Virus record (IMG/VR): IMGVR_UViG_3300025889_009691
Span: 1 to 64,000 of that record
Origin: a virus
DNA: 64,000 nucleotides
Strand: one strand, 5' to 3'
Shown one piece after another: positions 8,373 to 17,890 of this stretch (position 1 is the stretch's first letter; every line of letters starts with the position of its first letter). The translations under genes were made by a program, and so were the position numbers. The notes below the pieces were generated by a model. It saw only the letters and a program-made list of their open reading frames with translations, was not told the origin of the DNA and did not search any database.

Positions 8373-8821
8373 GTGAGACGTTTGAACTTTTGGTTTCTGA
8401 AGATGTTAAAAATAAGCTTGCTCAGCACGACAAAGACTTTTTGCGTTTGCCCGAGAACAGGGTGAAGTGGCGAGACTGCTTGTTGACAATTATTGACACG
8501 GTGACAACTAAGATAGATGGTCTTGAGGAAGAAATCAATCGCTTAAGAAATACCTATTCGGATTTCGTTGTTGACCCTGCTGCAAGTTTGGACGAGCAGC
8601 GAGATAAGGCTGTTCGCTTTAGGTTTTATGCTGAGAAGCGTTTGGCTGAAGCTGACAGGTTGTTAGCGTTGGGCGCAGATGCTGATCCGTCTCTTTCGTT
8701 GGCCACGTTTTTGCGAGATGCGATTATGGCGCATCGACAGTGGCATGCAGAAGAAGGTCTTGAGAGCACGGAAGGCGACGATTGCTTGTATGCTGCGCTG
8801 GATGGAGAGTGGAAGTTCTAA
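8369..8821 (+). CDS. hypothetical protein (coiled-coil)
   Basis: 150-aa ORF translationally coupled on both sides. Confidence 0.7.
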   Translation: MSETFELLVSEDVKNKLAQHDKDFLRLPENRVKWRDCLLTIIDTVTTKIDGLEEEINRLRNTYSDFVVDPAASLDEQRDKAVRFRFYAEKRLAEADRLLALGADADPSLSLATFLRDAIMAHRQWHAEEGLESTEGDDCLYAALDGEWKF

Positions 8822-9915
8822 TGAAGATTGGGTTTGCTTCTAACGATTGGTCTCGCACGGCTCTTGATGCTTTGGGCCGACCTGTTATGGGCGGGTCGGG
8901 CTATATCAGAATCGGTCAGTACATTAAGCATTATAAGGGTACTGGGATTGAGACTGTTGTTGGGATTTTAGCCCATAACTCTAGGACTGGAACTTTTGGT
9001 GTTCATTCTTGGGACGGTAACGACTATTTCGATTGTGATGTTATTGTGATGCAGCGTTACATGCATAAGCAGGTTTTGCCTGATATGAAGAGAGCGCAAG
9101 CGGCTGGTCAGATAGTTCTTCAAGATGTAGATGACTGGTATTGGGGATTAAGTAAGAAGAATCATGCGTATGATGCGTCTGATCCTTTGAAGAACCCTGA
9201 TGAAAATATCAAATGGTATGAAAACATTATTAAGAACTCAGATGGCGTTATTGCGTCTACTCCGTTCTTATTTAACCGTATGCGGGAGTGGAATGAAAAC
9301 ACGGTTCTTCACACCAACTATGTTGATACCGGTATGTTTGCGAAAGCATACGAGCACGAGCCTAAACTGAAAATTGTTGTAGGGTGGATGGGTTCAACAG
9401 CTCATCGCAGCGGTGATCTACAAATTCTAAAGCCATATACTTCTCAAATCTCGAAGTTTGCTAGTTGGCACCACACAGGGCATATAGAAGCTCCAGGCTG
9501 GCCAAGGTTTACTAAAGAACTTGGGGTTGAAGGAGGTAACACCACGACTTCTCCTTTTGTACCTCCCTATGAACTTAATACCGGCATAAAATTTGATGCA
9601 GGCATCGTACCTTTAACTGACATTGCTTTTAATCATGCTAAGTCGTATATTAAAGGACTAGAGTATGCTGCTGCTGGTGTTCCTTTTGTTTGCTCGTGGT
9701 CTCCACAGTATGAAGAATTGACACAAAAGCACGATATTGGTGTGTTGGCATCTAAGCCTGCAGACTATGTTAAAGAGTTAAAGAAATTTACTGATTGCGA
9801 TTATCGTAAAAAAGTTGCAGCCAAGAACCGTGAAAATGTCCGTAAGTTTGATAGCAAAATTGGGGCTGACCGGTTGTACACCAATATTAAATCTTTAGTA
9901 GAGCGTGCGAAATGA
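8821..9915 (+). CDS. glycosyltransferase (GT-B, family 1/4-like)
   Basis: DVDDWYW, VGWMGSTAH, GIVPL...FNHAKSYIKGLEYAAAGVP. Confidence 0.85.
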   Translation: MKIGFASNDWSRTALDALGRPVMGGSGYIRIGQYIKHYKGTGIETVVGILAHNSRTGTFGVHSWDGNDYFDCDVIVMQRYMHKQVLPDMKRAQAAGQIVLQDVDDWYWGLSKKNHAYDASDPLKNPDENIKWYENIIKNSDGVIASTPFLFNRMREWNENTVLHTNYVDTGMFAKAYEHEPKLKIVVGWMGSTAHRSGDLQILKPYTSQISKFASWHHTGHIEAPGWPRFTKELGVEGGNTTTSPFVPPYELNTGIKFDAGIVPLTDIAFNHAKSYIKGLEYAAAGVPFVCSWSPQYEELTQKHDIGVLASKPADYVKELKKFTDCDYRKKVAAKNRENVRKFDSKIGADRLYTNIKSLVERAK

Positions 9916-10388
9916 AGCGGGGCAAACCTTTAAAACGCACACCTCTTAAACGTGGGAGTAGTCAGTTAAAGCGCACCCCGTTGGCTCGTAGGTCTAAGAA
10001 AACAAAAGACTTATATGTTGAACGCAGAGAGATTGTGCAAGAGATGCTTGCGGCGCAACCAAATTGTGTAGCGTGTAAACTGTGGGCTGCGTTTGACCTA
10101 CACAACGGAAAGCAGTCAAATATAATTGTTAATGTCAATAAAACTCGTGACATACATGAGCTTGTAAACAGATCGCAAGGCGGATCAATTACAGAGCGGC
10201 GAAATTTGTTAGCAGTTTGCCGCCCTTGTCATAATAGAATAACAACAGAACCCAAAGATGCTGAACGCTTAGGTTTGCATTTAGAAAGCTGGTGCAATAC
10301 TAGTGCAGGGTTCAACGAAGCAGAAAGGCTTAGACATGAATGGTCGTCAGGTACTCCTACAGAACCTTCTTGGTTCCAAAACAATTGA
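9912..10388 (+). CDS. HNH-like endonuclease
   Basis: Basic KRTPL repeats; CVAC...HE...RSQGGS...NLLAVCRPCH. Confidence 0.8.
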   Translation: MKRGKPLKRTPLKRGSSQLKRTPLARRSKKTKDLYVERREIVQEMLAAQPNCVACKLWAAFDLHNGKQSNIIVNVNKTRDIHELVNRSQGGSITERRNLLAVCRPCHNRITTEPKDAERLGLHLESWCNTSAGFNEAERLRHEWSSGTPTEPSWFQNN

Positions 10389-11235
10389 ACATCCTGATTT
10401 GCTTGATGAGATCAATTCTTTATCAGGCAATTTTCAAGACGACGAACTTCCGCACCTTGACCGTGAAGAAGTAAACACTGATTTTCTATCAGATTTACAA
10501 AAGCAGTGGCGCAGTGACGGTGTTGTCATTTTAGATTCGTTTTTTCCTGACGACATGATTGAAGCCTATAGGTCTGACTGGATTCAACACAATAGGATCA
10601 ATCATGATCGACCTATGGGTTACCCTGGAGAGTGTGCATATTTTCAAGTTGAAAGCTTGATGCGTCTAGCTACCTACAAGCCGCTCCACGATATTCTCTC
10701 GCATTTGATCGGTGACGATATGGGAGTTCATTTGAATCTTACCGGCTGGAAGTCAACTCAAAGAAACTGGCATCAAGATGGATACTTAAACCCGGATTCA
10801 AACAAAGATCACTATTTGGCGGTGTGGATAGCGCTGGATGATGTCCATGAAGACTCAGGCCCATTTGAGTTTGTGCGTGGTTCGCATGTGTTACCTATCA
10901 TTACGCAAGACCAAACGCTGGCTCGGCTAGAAGTTAAAGAACGCACTGACCCCATGTGGCCTAAGTATTCTGAACGCTTTCTCACACCCATGTTTGAAGA
11001 TTTACTTGATCGTGGAGAGATGAAGACTGAAAAGTTTTTGGCAAAGAAGGGAGATGTTCTAGTATGGCATGCGAGGTTAATGCACAGAGGTTCGTTGCCT
11101 AATAATCCTGACTTGTGGCGAGAGACTGCTATCATTCACTATTCAGGTGTGAATCATAGACCCGACATGCCTACCGCTCACCAGTTTGAAGATGGGGGAT
11201 GGTTTTTCCCTATCAACCAAAATATTCCTCTTTAG
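10336..11235 (+). CDS. PhyH-family 2OG-Fe(II) dioxygenase
   Basis: WHQD (HxD), VWIALDD...GPFEFVRGSH, KGDVLVWHARLMHRG. Confidence 0.9.
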   Translation: MNGRQVLLQNLLGSKTIEHPDLLDEINSLSGNFQDDELPHLDREEVNTDFLSDLQKQWRSDGVVILDSFFPDDMIEAYRSDWIQHNRINHDRPMGYPGECAYFQVESLMRLATYKPLHDILSHLIGDDMGVHLNLTGWKSTQRNWHQDGYLNPDSNKDHYLAVWIALDDVHEDSGPFEFVRGSHVLPIITQDQTLARLEVKERTDPMWPKYSERFLTPMFEDLLDRGEMKTEKFLAKKGDVLVWHARLMHRGSLPNNPDLWRETAIIHYSGVNHRPDMPTAHQFEDGGWFFPINQNIPL

Positions 11236-11236
11236 C

Positions 11237-11617
11237 ATGCCTGCAAAGTACGGCCATCAAGATAAAGCCAAAGCCACGAAACTGCATAGTTTGCTAGTAC
11301 GCACTAGAGATAATTTCACTTGTCGATGGTGTGGTGTCTCTAAGAAAGATGGTAAGCAGATTCAGTGTGCACATATTATTTCTCGTAGTGTGTCTGCTAC
11401 TAGGACTGATGAGCGTAATGCCGTTGCTTTGTGTGCGTCGTGTCATTGGAAGCAAAGCAAGAATCCGATACTTTGGTCTAGGTGGATAGAGCAAGAGTTA
11501 GGTTCAGATCATATTGATGATTTGATTGAGCGAGGCGTCCCTGGCGTTGCAGTTGATTGGTCATTGGAGGTTGTTCGTCTACAATCTGCCCTTGACGATT
11601 TGGCTAGTAATGGGTAG
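11237..11617 (+). CDS. NinG/HNH-like nuclease
   Basis: VRTRDNFTCRWCG...QCAHIISR...TRTDERNAVALCASCH. Confidence 0.8.
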   Translation: MPAKYGHQDKAKATKLHSLLVRTRDNFTCRWCGVSKKDGKQIQCAHIISRSVSATRTDERNAVALCASCHWKQSKNPILWSRWIEQELGSDHIDDLIERGVPGVAVDWSLEVVRLQSALDDLASNG

Positions 11618-11626
11618 AATACAGTT

Positions 11627-11977
11627 ATGAATTATTCCCGCACGGCACCTATCAGTTCAGTTGAAGTTGAATCTGAGTTGATTCGTCTTACAGCTGATAT
11701 TGAGTCTGAGACAGAAGCGTTTGAAACGTTGGCAAAAGATCATGCTGTAAAAGAAGCTGAGTATAAGAAGCAGTGGTTTAAAGAATATCTTGCTGCTGAA
11801 GGTGCTGTAAAGCAAAAAGAAAGCTGGGCCGGGTATAAGACCAGCGAATTGTACTATGACGCACAAGTTGCGGAGGCGCTAGTTAAAGCCAAGCGAGAAA
11901 AGTTACATTCTTTGAGAACTGCTTGTGACGCTTTGCGGACTATTGCTGCAAATGTAAGATCGCAAGTTAAATTTTAA
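11627..11977 (+). CDS. hypothetical helical protein (leaderless)
   Basis: TTGACG-17-TAGAAT-6 nt-ATG; coiled-coil character. Confidence 0.7.
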   Translation: MNYSRTAPISSVEVESELIRLTADIESETEAFETLAKDHAVKEAEYKKQWFKEYLAAEGAVKQKESWAGYKTSELYYDAQVAEALVKAKREKLHSLRTACDALRTIAANVRSQVKF

Positions 11978-11986
11978 GGAGATAAT

Positions 11987-12613
11987 ATGAGTAACTATTT
12001 AAATGTTGGATGTGGTCATCACTATGCTGAAGGCTGGATAAACACAGACGTTTGGGAAGATGAAAAGACTAAACCAGACGTGCTTGTTAAGCGTGATGAA
12101 CCGTATCCTTTTGAAGATAACTATTTTGATGCTATTTATTTAGGGCACGTGTTAGAACACATATCGTGGACTAAGATTGGAGTCTTCCTAAAGGAAATGG
12201 TTCGTGTGGCTAAGCCTGGAGCACCAGTGTTAGCAGTCGGCCCTGATGTGTATCGAACAATTGAGCGGTGGAAGGATGGTCAAGAGCCATGGGATATGGT
12301 GAAGTCAGTTATGGAGCATCAAGACATTGACGCACAACTGTACCATACTGCCGATGACGGCTCATATGTCGCTTCTCCCCCTCTTACACCTGAATGGTGG
12401 GATGGTGCGGCACATTACTGGAACTGCCACGAAGCACGTTTAGAGCAAGTTATGAAAACACACTTTGGAGACGTTGAGGTGTACTCGTCTCACATTGAAA
12501 ATGATCTGCCCGGTAACCGTGTTAATTGGTTTGATTCACGAAACAACATGCGGTGGCCTGTCACCGGCTACTGGTGGTGGCAGTGTGCAGTCGCAGGTAA
12601 GGTGCACAAATGA
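11987..12613 (+). CDS. class I SAM-dependent methyltransferase
   Basis: LNVGCG, PFEDNYFDAIYLGHVLEH, RVAKPG. Confidence 0.85.
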   Translation: MSNYLNVGCGHHYAEGWINTDVWEDEKTKPDVLVKRDEPYPFEDNYFDAIYLGHVLEHISWTKIGVFLKEMVRVAKPGAPVLAVGPDVYRTIERWKDGQEPWDMVKSVMEHQDIDAQLYHTADDGSYVASPPLTPEWWDGAAHYWNCHEARLEQVMKTHFGDVEVYSSHIENDLPGNRVNWFDSRNNMRWPVTGYWWWQCAVAGKVHK

Positions 12614-13386
12614 TTCACAACATTGCAGATAATATTCAAAGCCTAGCAGTAGACATTGAGTTGTTGCGTCCACTGGAGAACAACGCACGCCGAGGCAATG
12701 TTGATGCAATCATGGCGTCGTATAACAAGTTTGGTCAGGTTAAGCCCATTGTGGCTGTAAGTGATGCTGATGGTTCGTTGACAGTCATTGCGGGTAACCA
12801 TCAGCTAGAAGCAGCTAAGCAGTTGGGATGGCAGCAGATTGCTGTGTCTATTGTTGATCTAGACAACGATGATGCGTTAGCGTTTGCATTGGCAGACAAC
12901 CGCATTTCTGACTTGGGCACAACTGACAATGAACTTCTGTACGAGTTGCTGACTGATGTCATTGGTGATGACGAGAGCTTTTTTGAAGTGCTAGGTTGGG
13001 ATGACTTTTCAGTGGCCGCAATTGAGAACACAGTTATTACAGCCGAGTTGGCTAACGATAGCAATGCTGGATGGACTGCCCCTGAAATCGTTTTGAATGA
13101 TGTGGGTGTAGACTCACCTCCTCCTGCAGCAACACCTCAGCCAACTGGCTCTGGAGATCAGCCTACACCAAGCACTTCCACGATTGTTACTCAGGGTAGT
13201 ACTAGTGCTGGTGTTTCTGGAGTCAACAATGCTTCAATTCAGTTTACGCTAGTGTTTGATAGTGCTGAACAGCAGTCAAAGTGGTATGCGTTCATTAAGT
13301 GGCTTAGAGAAAGCCCGGTCTATGATGGCGAAACGACTTCAGAACGACTGTTTGATTTTATTGCTCAGCATTCAGAGATGGGTTAA
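12610..13386 (+). CDS. ParB/Srx N-terminal domain protein
   Basis: NARRGNVDAI...FGQVKPIV...VIAGNH...ALADNR. Confidence 0.85.
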   Translation: MIHNIADNIQSLAVDIELLRPLENNARRGNVDAIMASYNKFGQVKPIVAVSDADGSLTVIAGNHQLEAAKQLGWQQIAVSIVDLDNDDALAFALADNRISDLGTTDNELLYELLTDVIGDDESFFEVLGWDDFSVAAIENTVITAELANDSNAGWTAPEIVLNDVGVDSPPPAATPQPTGSGDQPTPSTSTIVTQGSTSAGVSGVNNASIQFTLVFDSAEQQSKWYAFIKWLRESPVYDGETTSERLFDFIAQHSEMG

Positions 13387-13388
13387 GT

Positions 13389-14561
13389 ATGGCTAGACGC
13401 AGAATGTTTCTAGACATAAATTGTGTCGATGCGGCTCGTGAGCGTATCCGTCACGTGTATGACACATTTGATACTGTGTGCATTCAGTTTAGTGGCGGCA
13501 AAGACTCCACGGCATGTCTTTATCTGGCGAAGGAAGTTCATGAAGAGCGTGGCCTCGGTCCGGTTAAAGTCATTTTCCGTGATGAAGAAATGCTTTCTCC
13601 GGCTGTAGCAGAGTATGTGCAGCGGGTCAGCGAGTATGACTGGGTGGACATGGAGTGGTATTGCCTTCCTGTGGGGCAGGAAGTTTGGGTGCTTGGCGCA
13701 CGGGAGTATGTCTTATTGTGGTCTCCGAAGCGAGCAGCTGAAGGAAGACTGTTTAGACCTTTCCCTGATAATGCTATTAGGGCGGAGCACTTTGGTATTG
13801 ACCCCGGTAAGCCTATTCCTCGCAAGATTGACGAGTACACGATGCAGGGCAAGAAGGGGCGTACAGCGTTTATTACAGGTGTTCGTGCAAATGAATCAAT
13901 GATTCGTTACCGTACAGTTACTCAGAAACTCCATGAGAACTATATTAACCGTCCGTTCAAATTGTCAAAATCAATCCCGTTGCGGTTTGCCAAGATTATT
14001 TATGACTGGACTTCTGATGATGTTTTGAAGTTCATCTCAGAAGAACATAACGCTCCGTACTGTGCTTACTACGACTATGCTGCTATGAGTGGCGCAAATC
14101 AAAGAGTTGGTATTCCTCTTCACTCTGTTGCGTCTAGACGGTTGATTGATGTTCTGCGTACTGAACCTGAATTCTACGACGAGCTATATCGGTGCTTTCC
14201 TCAAATTGAAGCACAACGGCAGTTGTGGTCAGAGTTTGATATTGAGAAAGTTATCGACATGTATGAGTCAATGAGTTGGACTGGAGTGAAGTATTGCATT
14301 GAGGACAACATTTTGACTCCGGGTATGCGCAAAGCCGCAATGGTTTATAGTAACGATTTCAAGAAGAAGCACGTCAAAGACCCGTATGGGTATCCGATTG
14401 ATCATTTAATTCGCACGCTGCTGCTTAATGAGTTTATTGGGTCGCCTAGCCCGGTCGGTCCTAAAACAAAAGCACATAATAAACGGAAAGCTTTGCTAGA
14501 GCAAGAGGACCAGATTATGATGGATGCGAACAGCCTTGACATGCAAGATGATAGAAGGTAG
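13389..14561 (+). CDS. PAPS-reductase-like PP-loop protein (IbrA-like)
   Basis: FSGGKDS PP-loop, FRDEE, GVRANES, IYDWTSDDV, QRVG. Confidence 0.85.
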   Translation: MARRRMFLDINCVDAARERIRHVYDTFDTVCIQFSGGKDSTACLYLAKEVHEERGLGPVKVIFRDEEMLSPAVAEYVQRVSEYDWVDMEWYCLPVGQEVWVLGAREYVLLWSPKRAAEGRLFRPFPDNAIRAEHFGIDPGKPIPRKIDEYTMQGKKGRTAFITGVRANESMIRYRTVTQKLHENYINRPFKLSKSIPLRFAKIIYDWTSDDVLKFISEEHNAPYCAYYDYAAMSGANQRVGIPLHSVASRRLIDVLRTEPEFYDELYRCFPQIEAQRQLWSEFDIEKVIDMYESMSWTGVKYCIEDNILTPGMRKAAMVYSNDFKKKHVKDPYGYPIDHLIRTLLLNEFIGSPSPVGPKTKAHNKRKALLEQEDQIMMDANSLDMQDDRR

Positions 14562-14570
14562 GGTACTTAC

Positions 14571-15092
14571 ATGGATTTAGCTAACATTACAGATATTCGG
14601 CCAGCCAAGTGGACATCTGCTTGTTATTTGGTTTCTCCTGATTACAAGAAAATGGAGAAGTCTATAAAGCAGTATGGTATTTTAAGCCCGATTGTGATTC
14701 AACCTAACGGTACTATTATTGATGGTTTTCATCGCTGGAAGATCGCTAACGAATTAGAAATAGTAAAGGTTCCTGTCGTTGTTATTGACGTTGATGATAT
14801 TGAAGCCATGCTGCTCCACATTGATCTGAACAGGTATCGTAGCATTGTTATTGCCAAGTACTTGTCTAATATGATGGGAGAAATTTTACAGTCTGGCCGT
14901 TACGATCATGATTCGTTGCGTAGCCGCATGAGCTTGACTTCTGAAGAGTTTGATATTTTAGCAGAAGGCTCTTTGATCAAGATGCGTAAGATCAAGCAGC
15001 ACACCTACTCACCTGCCTGGGTACCCATTGAGTCTAACACTGGTGAAGACATCAAGGTTGAGCGTGTTACTGGACATTCCGAGCAAGTCTAA
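14571..15092 (+). CDS. ParB-like protein (IbrB-like)
   Basis: SIKQYGILSPIV...IIDGFHRW...LNRYR; directly follows the IbrA-like gene. Confidence 0.82.
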   Translation: MDLANITDIRPAKWTSACYLVSPDYKKMEKSIKQYGILSPIVIQPNGTIIDGFHRWKIANELEIVKVPVVVIDVDDIEAMLLHIDLNRYRSIVIAKYLSNMMGEILQSGRYDHDSLRSRMSLTSEEFDILAEGSLIKMRKIKQHTYSPAWVPIESNTGEDIKVERVTGHSEQV

Positions 15093-15095
15093 AAG

Positions 15096-15431
15096 GTGAA
15101 GTCTATGGACATGAATGCATACCAAGCTGCTGCTAAAGAAACCGCTGTGTTTCCTCCCGAGAAGGGTATAGAGTACACCACGCTAGGGTTAGTTAGCGAA
15201 GCAGGCGAAGTAGCTGATAAAGTTAAGAAAGTGATCCGTGATAGCGGCGGTGACTTCTCTGATGAAGTTAAAGAAGCGATCAAAAAAGAACTTGGTGATG
15301 TTCTCTGGTATGTGTCTGGTATGGCTTGGGAGCTTGGCTTTACTTTAACGGATGTTGCTGAAGCAAATATCTTAAAGTTGTCTAGCCGGTATGAGCGTGG
15401 TAAGATTGGTGGCTCTGGAGATGACAGATAA
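15096..15431 (+). CDS. MazG-like nucleotide pyrophosphohydrolase
   Basis: LGLVSEAGEVADKVKK...ELGDVLWY...N..KL..R...GSGDDR. Confidence 0.92.
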   Translation: MKSMDMNAYQAAAKETAVFPPEKGIEYTTLGLVSEAGEVADKVKKVIRDSGGDFSDEVKEAIKKELGDVLWYVSGMAWELGFTLTDVAEANILKLSSRYERGKIGGSGDDR

Positions 15432-16377
15432 TTATTCTTGGCGTTCACTTTCCACGCCTATTAATAGTAACTCCACGGAAGAGGCTTTGCGTCTCAGCAA
15501 GTCTAACTACAATGTCGTTCTAAACCCTATTTATGTTTGGGATCAGTTTCAGAATAAGTATGTTGAAGTTGAAGATCGCTTCTGTACTGGTAGACACGTT
15601 ACAGACGCATTAGCAGATTCTGGCGTGCGTCAGGAAAACTGGGAAGTTGTTAAAGACCGTTATGTTATTGTGCCCAACTCAGACATTATGGAGCGGGCAC
15701 ATTCAATTGTTGATGCTTTTAACGGCGCTGCACGCTTAGACAGTTGCGGCAATCTTGATGATGGTAGAAAGTTCTTTGTGGCAATCTTTACTGGAACGCT
15801 GGAGATTATAGGTTCTGGGGATAAAGACTTAGTTGACACTTATGTTATCGCCATGACTTCCCACGATGGTTCTGTGCCGGTTTGTTATTACAATCTTGAT
15901 GTTCGTAGACGCAACAATTCGGTTTATCGGTTTACTGATGAAAGCGCTGACTTTTGTATCCGTAAACGTCATACTCCCAATCATGCTGATAGGGATAGTG
16001 AGGTGACTGAAGTTTTGACGATGCGCCAAGCGTGGAGTACGTCTTTCAAGGCGACACTTCAGAAGTTGCTTTCGCCCGTGTCTGAGTTTCAGTTTGAAAG
16101 CGTTTTGCATTCTCAGTGGAACCCTAACACGGCGTCTTCTAAAAACAAGCGGGAGCACGCCGAAAACGTCATTGACACGATCAACTCTTTGTACCGCTCA
16201 GACTACAACTTCGGCATGTTTGGTCATAGTAAGTGGGCAGCGTTCAATTCCATCTGTGAGTACATTGATTTCCATAGGGACATCCCTGGTTTGGAAGCGG
16301 CTCAGCACTCTTTAGAGATTGACAACTTTAGTCATCGTTTAAAGGTGTCGTTGTACAACCAGCTCTGTTCCGTTTAA
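15421..16377 (+). CDS. DUF932-like protein
   Basis: RYVIVPN, G.LDDGRKFF, TSHDGS, KRHT, SKWAAFNSICEYIDF. Confidence 0.72.
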   Translation: MTDNYSWRSLSTPINSNSTEEALRLSKSNYNVVLNPIYVWDQFQNKYVEVEDRFCTGRHVTDALADSGVRQENWEVVKDRYVIVPNSDIMERAHSIVDAFNGAARLDSCGNLDDGRKFFVAIFTGTLEIIGSGDKDLVDTYVIAMTSHDGSVPVCYYNLDVRRRNNSVYRFTDESADFCIRKRHTPNHADRDSEVTEVLTMRQAWSTSFKATLQKLLSPVSEFQFESVLHSQWNPNTASSKNKREHAENVIDTINSLYRSDYNFGMFGHSKWAAFNSICEYIDFHRDIPGLEAAQHSLEIDNFSHRLKVSLYNQLCSV

Positions 16378-17690
16378 ATAATTATTTCAATCTTACGCCG
16401 TAGTCCCATGCCTAATCCGGCACAGGTGTTGAAGGCATGAACTGCGGCATCGACTTGGTCATCGTGAACTCGGGCTTCAGGGAAAGACGAAAGCTCGTCA
16501 ATAAAGTCGCTGTTCCAGTCAGCCCGGACAAGCCTTACGTTTCCGTTAGCTACTGCTGCGGCAAAAGGTTTGGCTCTAGTTACTTTATCACCGGTTGCTC
16601 TTTGACCTTTGAAGTCGTATCCGGGTAGAACATAACGGGCGTACTGATCAATAAGGTTTTTGCCTGCTGACCCCGGCTCTTGCTCCATTTGAATTGGAAC
16701 TTCCGGCCCATCTTCAATTGCGGTGTCTCGAACAAATTTCTCTACACGGTCGCCCTTGGCCCTGATTCTTCGAACATCCAAAATATAAAACACACCGTTT
16801 TCAAACGCCGCCAAGCATCCTACTGTCCAGTCAGGATCAGGGTTGCTTGCAGTAGGCTCCGTACCTGCCAAGTCCCAGAAGCGCACAATCTCTGTTTCTT
16901 TGCTGAAAGAAGGGATTTCTGTAAATTCAATGACTTCCAAATTGTTTCGGTCAAACATTGAGCCGAGTGTGGTTGCCCACCAGTCACCAAATTCAAGACG
17001 GTTTCTTTCAATAGGGTCTAGCTCTTGAAGCATGGCCCGGTAAGAGTCAGGATCAATTCCGGGGTTGTCGGTGAGCATGGAAGGAATAAAGATTCTTCCG
17101 CTCTTTTCACCTTCTACGAGGAATCGTTGTCGGACCCAGTTGGGGGCGGGGTTTGTAGCACATCTCATTCGTAGTGGCACTTCTGAAAGAGGTCCTGTGG
17201 CGGGACGACGTAAACGAGAGAACATGTATCGGTAGTCAGACTCTCGAATTTCTGTAACCTCGTCCATGCCAATGAATTGGAATTCCGAACCTTTGTATCT
17301 AAGGTAGTCGTTTACGTTGTTTAGGTACCCGAAGGTGATTCTAGCGCCGGATGGAAATGTTGCGGTGTACTGGTTGGCGTTCCAATGAACGTCGTCGTAT
17401 TGCATAATCCAGTCTCGGAAACGGTCCATGAGAGCGCCGGGTAGTGCAAGGTCAGCGTATGTACGCCTGAATAGGATTGCACTGTAACCTGGGACATCTA
17501 CGTACTGTAAGGCAGCCATGATTAGGGCGGAAGACTTACCACCGCCTGCTGCACCACCAAACATGACTTCTTGTCCCACGGATTTTAGGAATACTTTCTG
17601 AGTTAGTGAGGGTTCTTCAACCCAGTATTCTGAACGCCGTGGCTCTAGATACTCTCTAATTTTTTCCCAATCCTGAGTTTGCACTGACAT
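16374..17690 (-). CDS. terL: terminase large subunit
   Basis: Walker A GGAAGGGKS, Walker B IGMDE, ATNP, nuclease motifs RFWDLA...DWTVG and HDDQVDA. Confidence 0.93.
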   Translation of the reverse strand: MSVQTQDWEKIREYLEPRRSEYWVEEPSLTQKVFLKSVGQEVMFGGAAGGGKSSALIMAALQYVDVPGYSAILFRRTYADLALPGALMDRFRDWIMQYDDVHWNANQYTATFPSGARITFGYLNNVNDYLRYKGSEFQFIGMDEVTEIRESDYRYMFSRLRRPATGPLSEVPLRMRCATNPAPNWVRQRFLVEGEKSGRIFIPSMLTDNPGIDPDSYRAMLQELDPIERNRLEFGDWWATTLGSMFDRNNLEVIEFTEIPSFSKETEIVRFWDLAGTEPTASNPDPDWTVGCLAAFENGVFYILDVRRIRAKGDRVEKFVRDTAIEDGPEVPIQMEQEPGSAGKNLIDQYARYVLPGYDFKGQRATGDKVTRAKPFAAAVANGNVRLVRADWNSDFIDELSSFPEARVHDDQVDAAVHAFNTCAGLGMGLRRKIEIII

Positions 17691-17731
17691 ATCTGCTTGT
17701 CTCCTAGAGGTTTTCACGGTAAAGTATACCT

Positions 17732-17890
17732 ATGAAGAAATTTCTGTCCCGTTCTGTAGCTGCTCATGTTTGTATGGGCGCTGGCATTCTTTTTATCGGC
17801 TTTGGTATTAGTATACTAAGTTTGGGATGGGGGCTGGCAAGTGCTGGCCTTGCTTGTGGAATTTACGGGTACTTATTAGGGGCTGAATAA
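17732..17890 (+). CDS. small membrane protein upstream of portal (not in ORF track; 52 aa, MKKFLSRSVAAH...YLLGAE)
   Basis: TTGTCT-17-TAAAGT-6 nt-ATG; two hydrophobic segments; TAATG overlap with the portal start. Confidence 0.7.
   Translation: MKKFLSRSVAAHVCMGAGILFIGFGISILSLGWGLASAGLACGIYGYLLGAE

Noticed and set aside
13389-14561. Calling the PP-loop gene dndC/sspD (phosphorothioation) or a sulfate-assimilation cysH
   Set aside because: No other dnd/ssp or cys genes; pairing with a ParB-like gene fits IbrA/IbrB-like better, so the function is left open.
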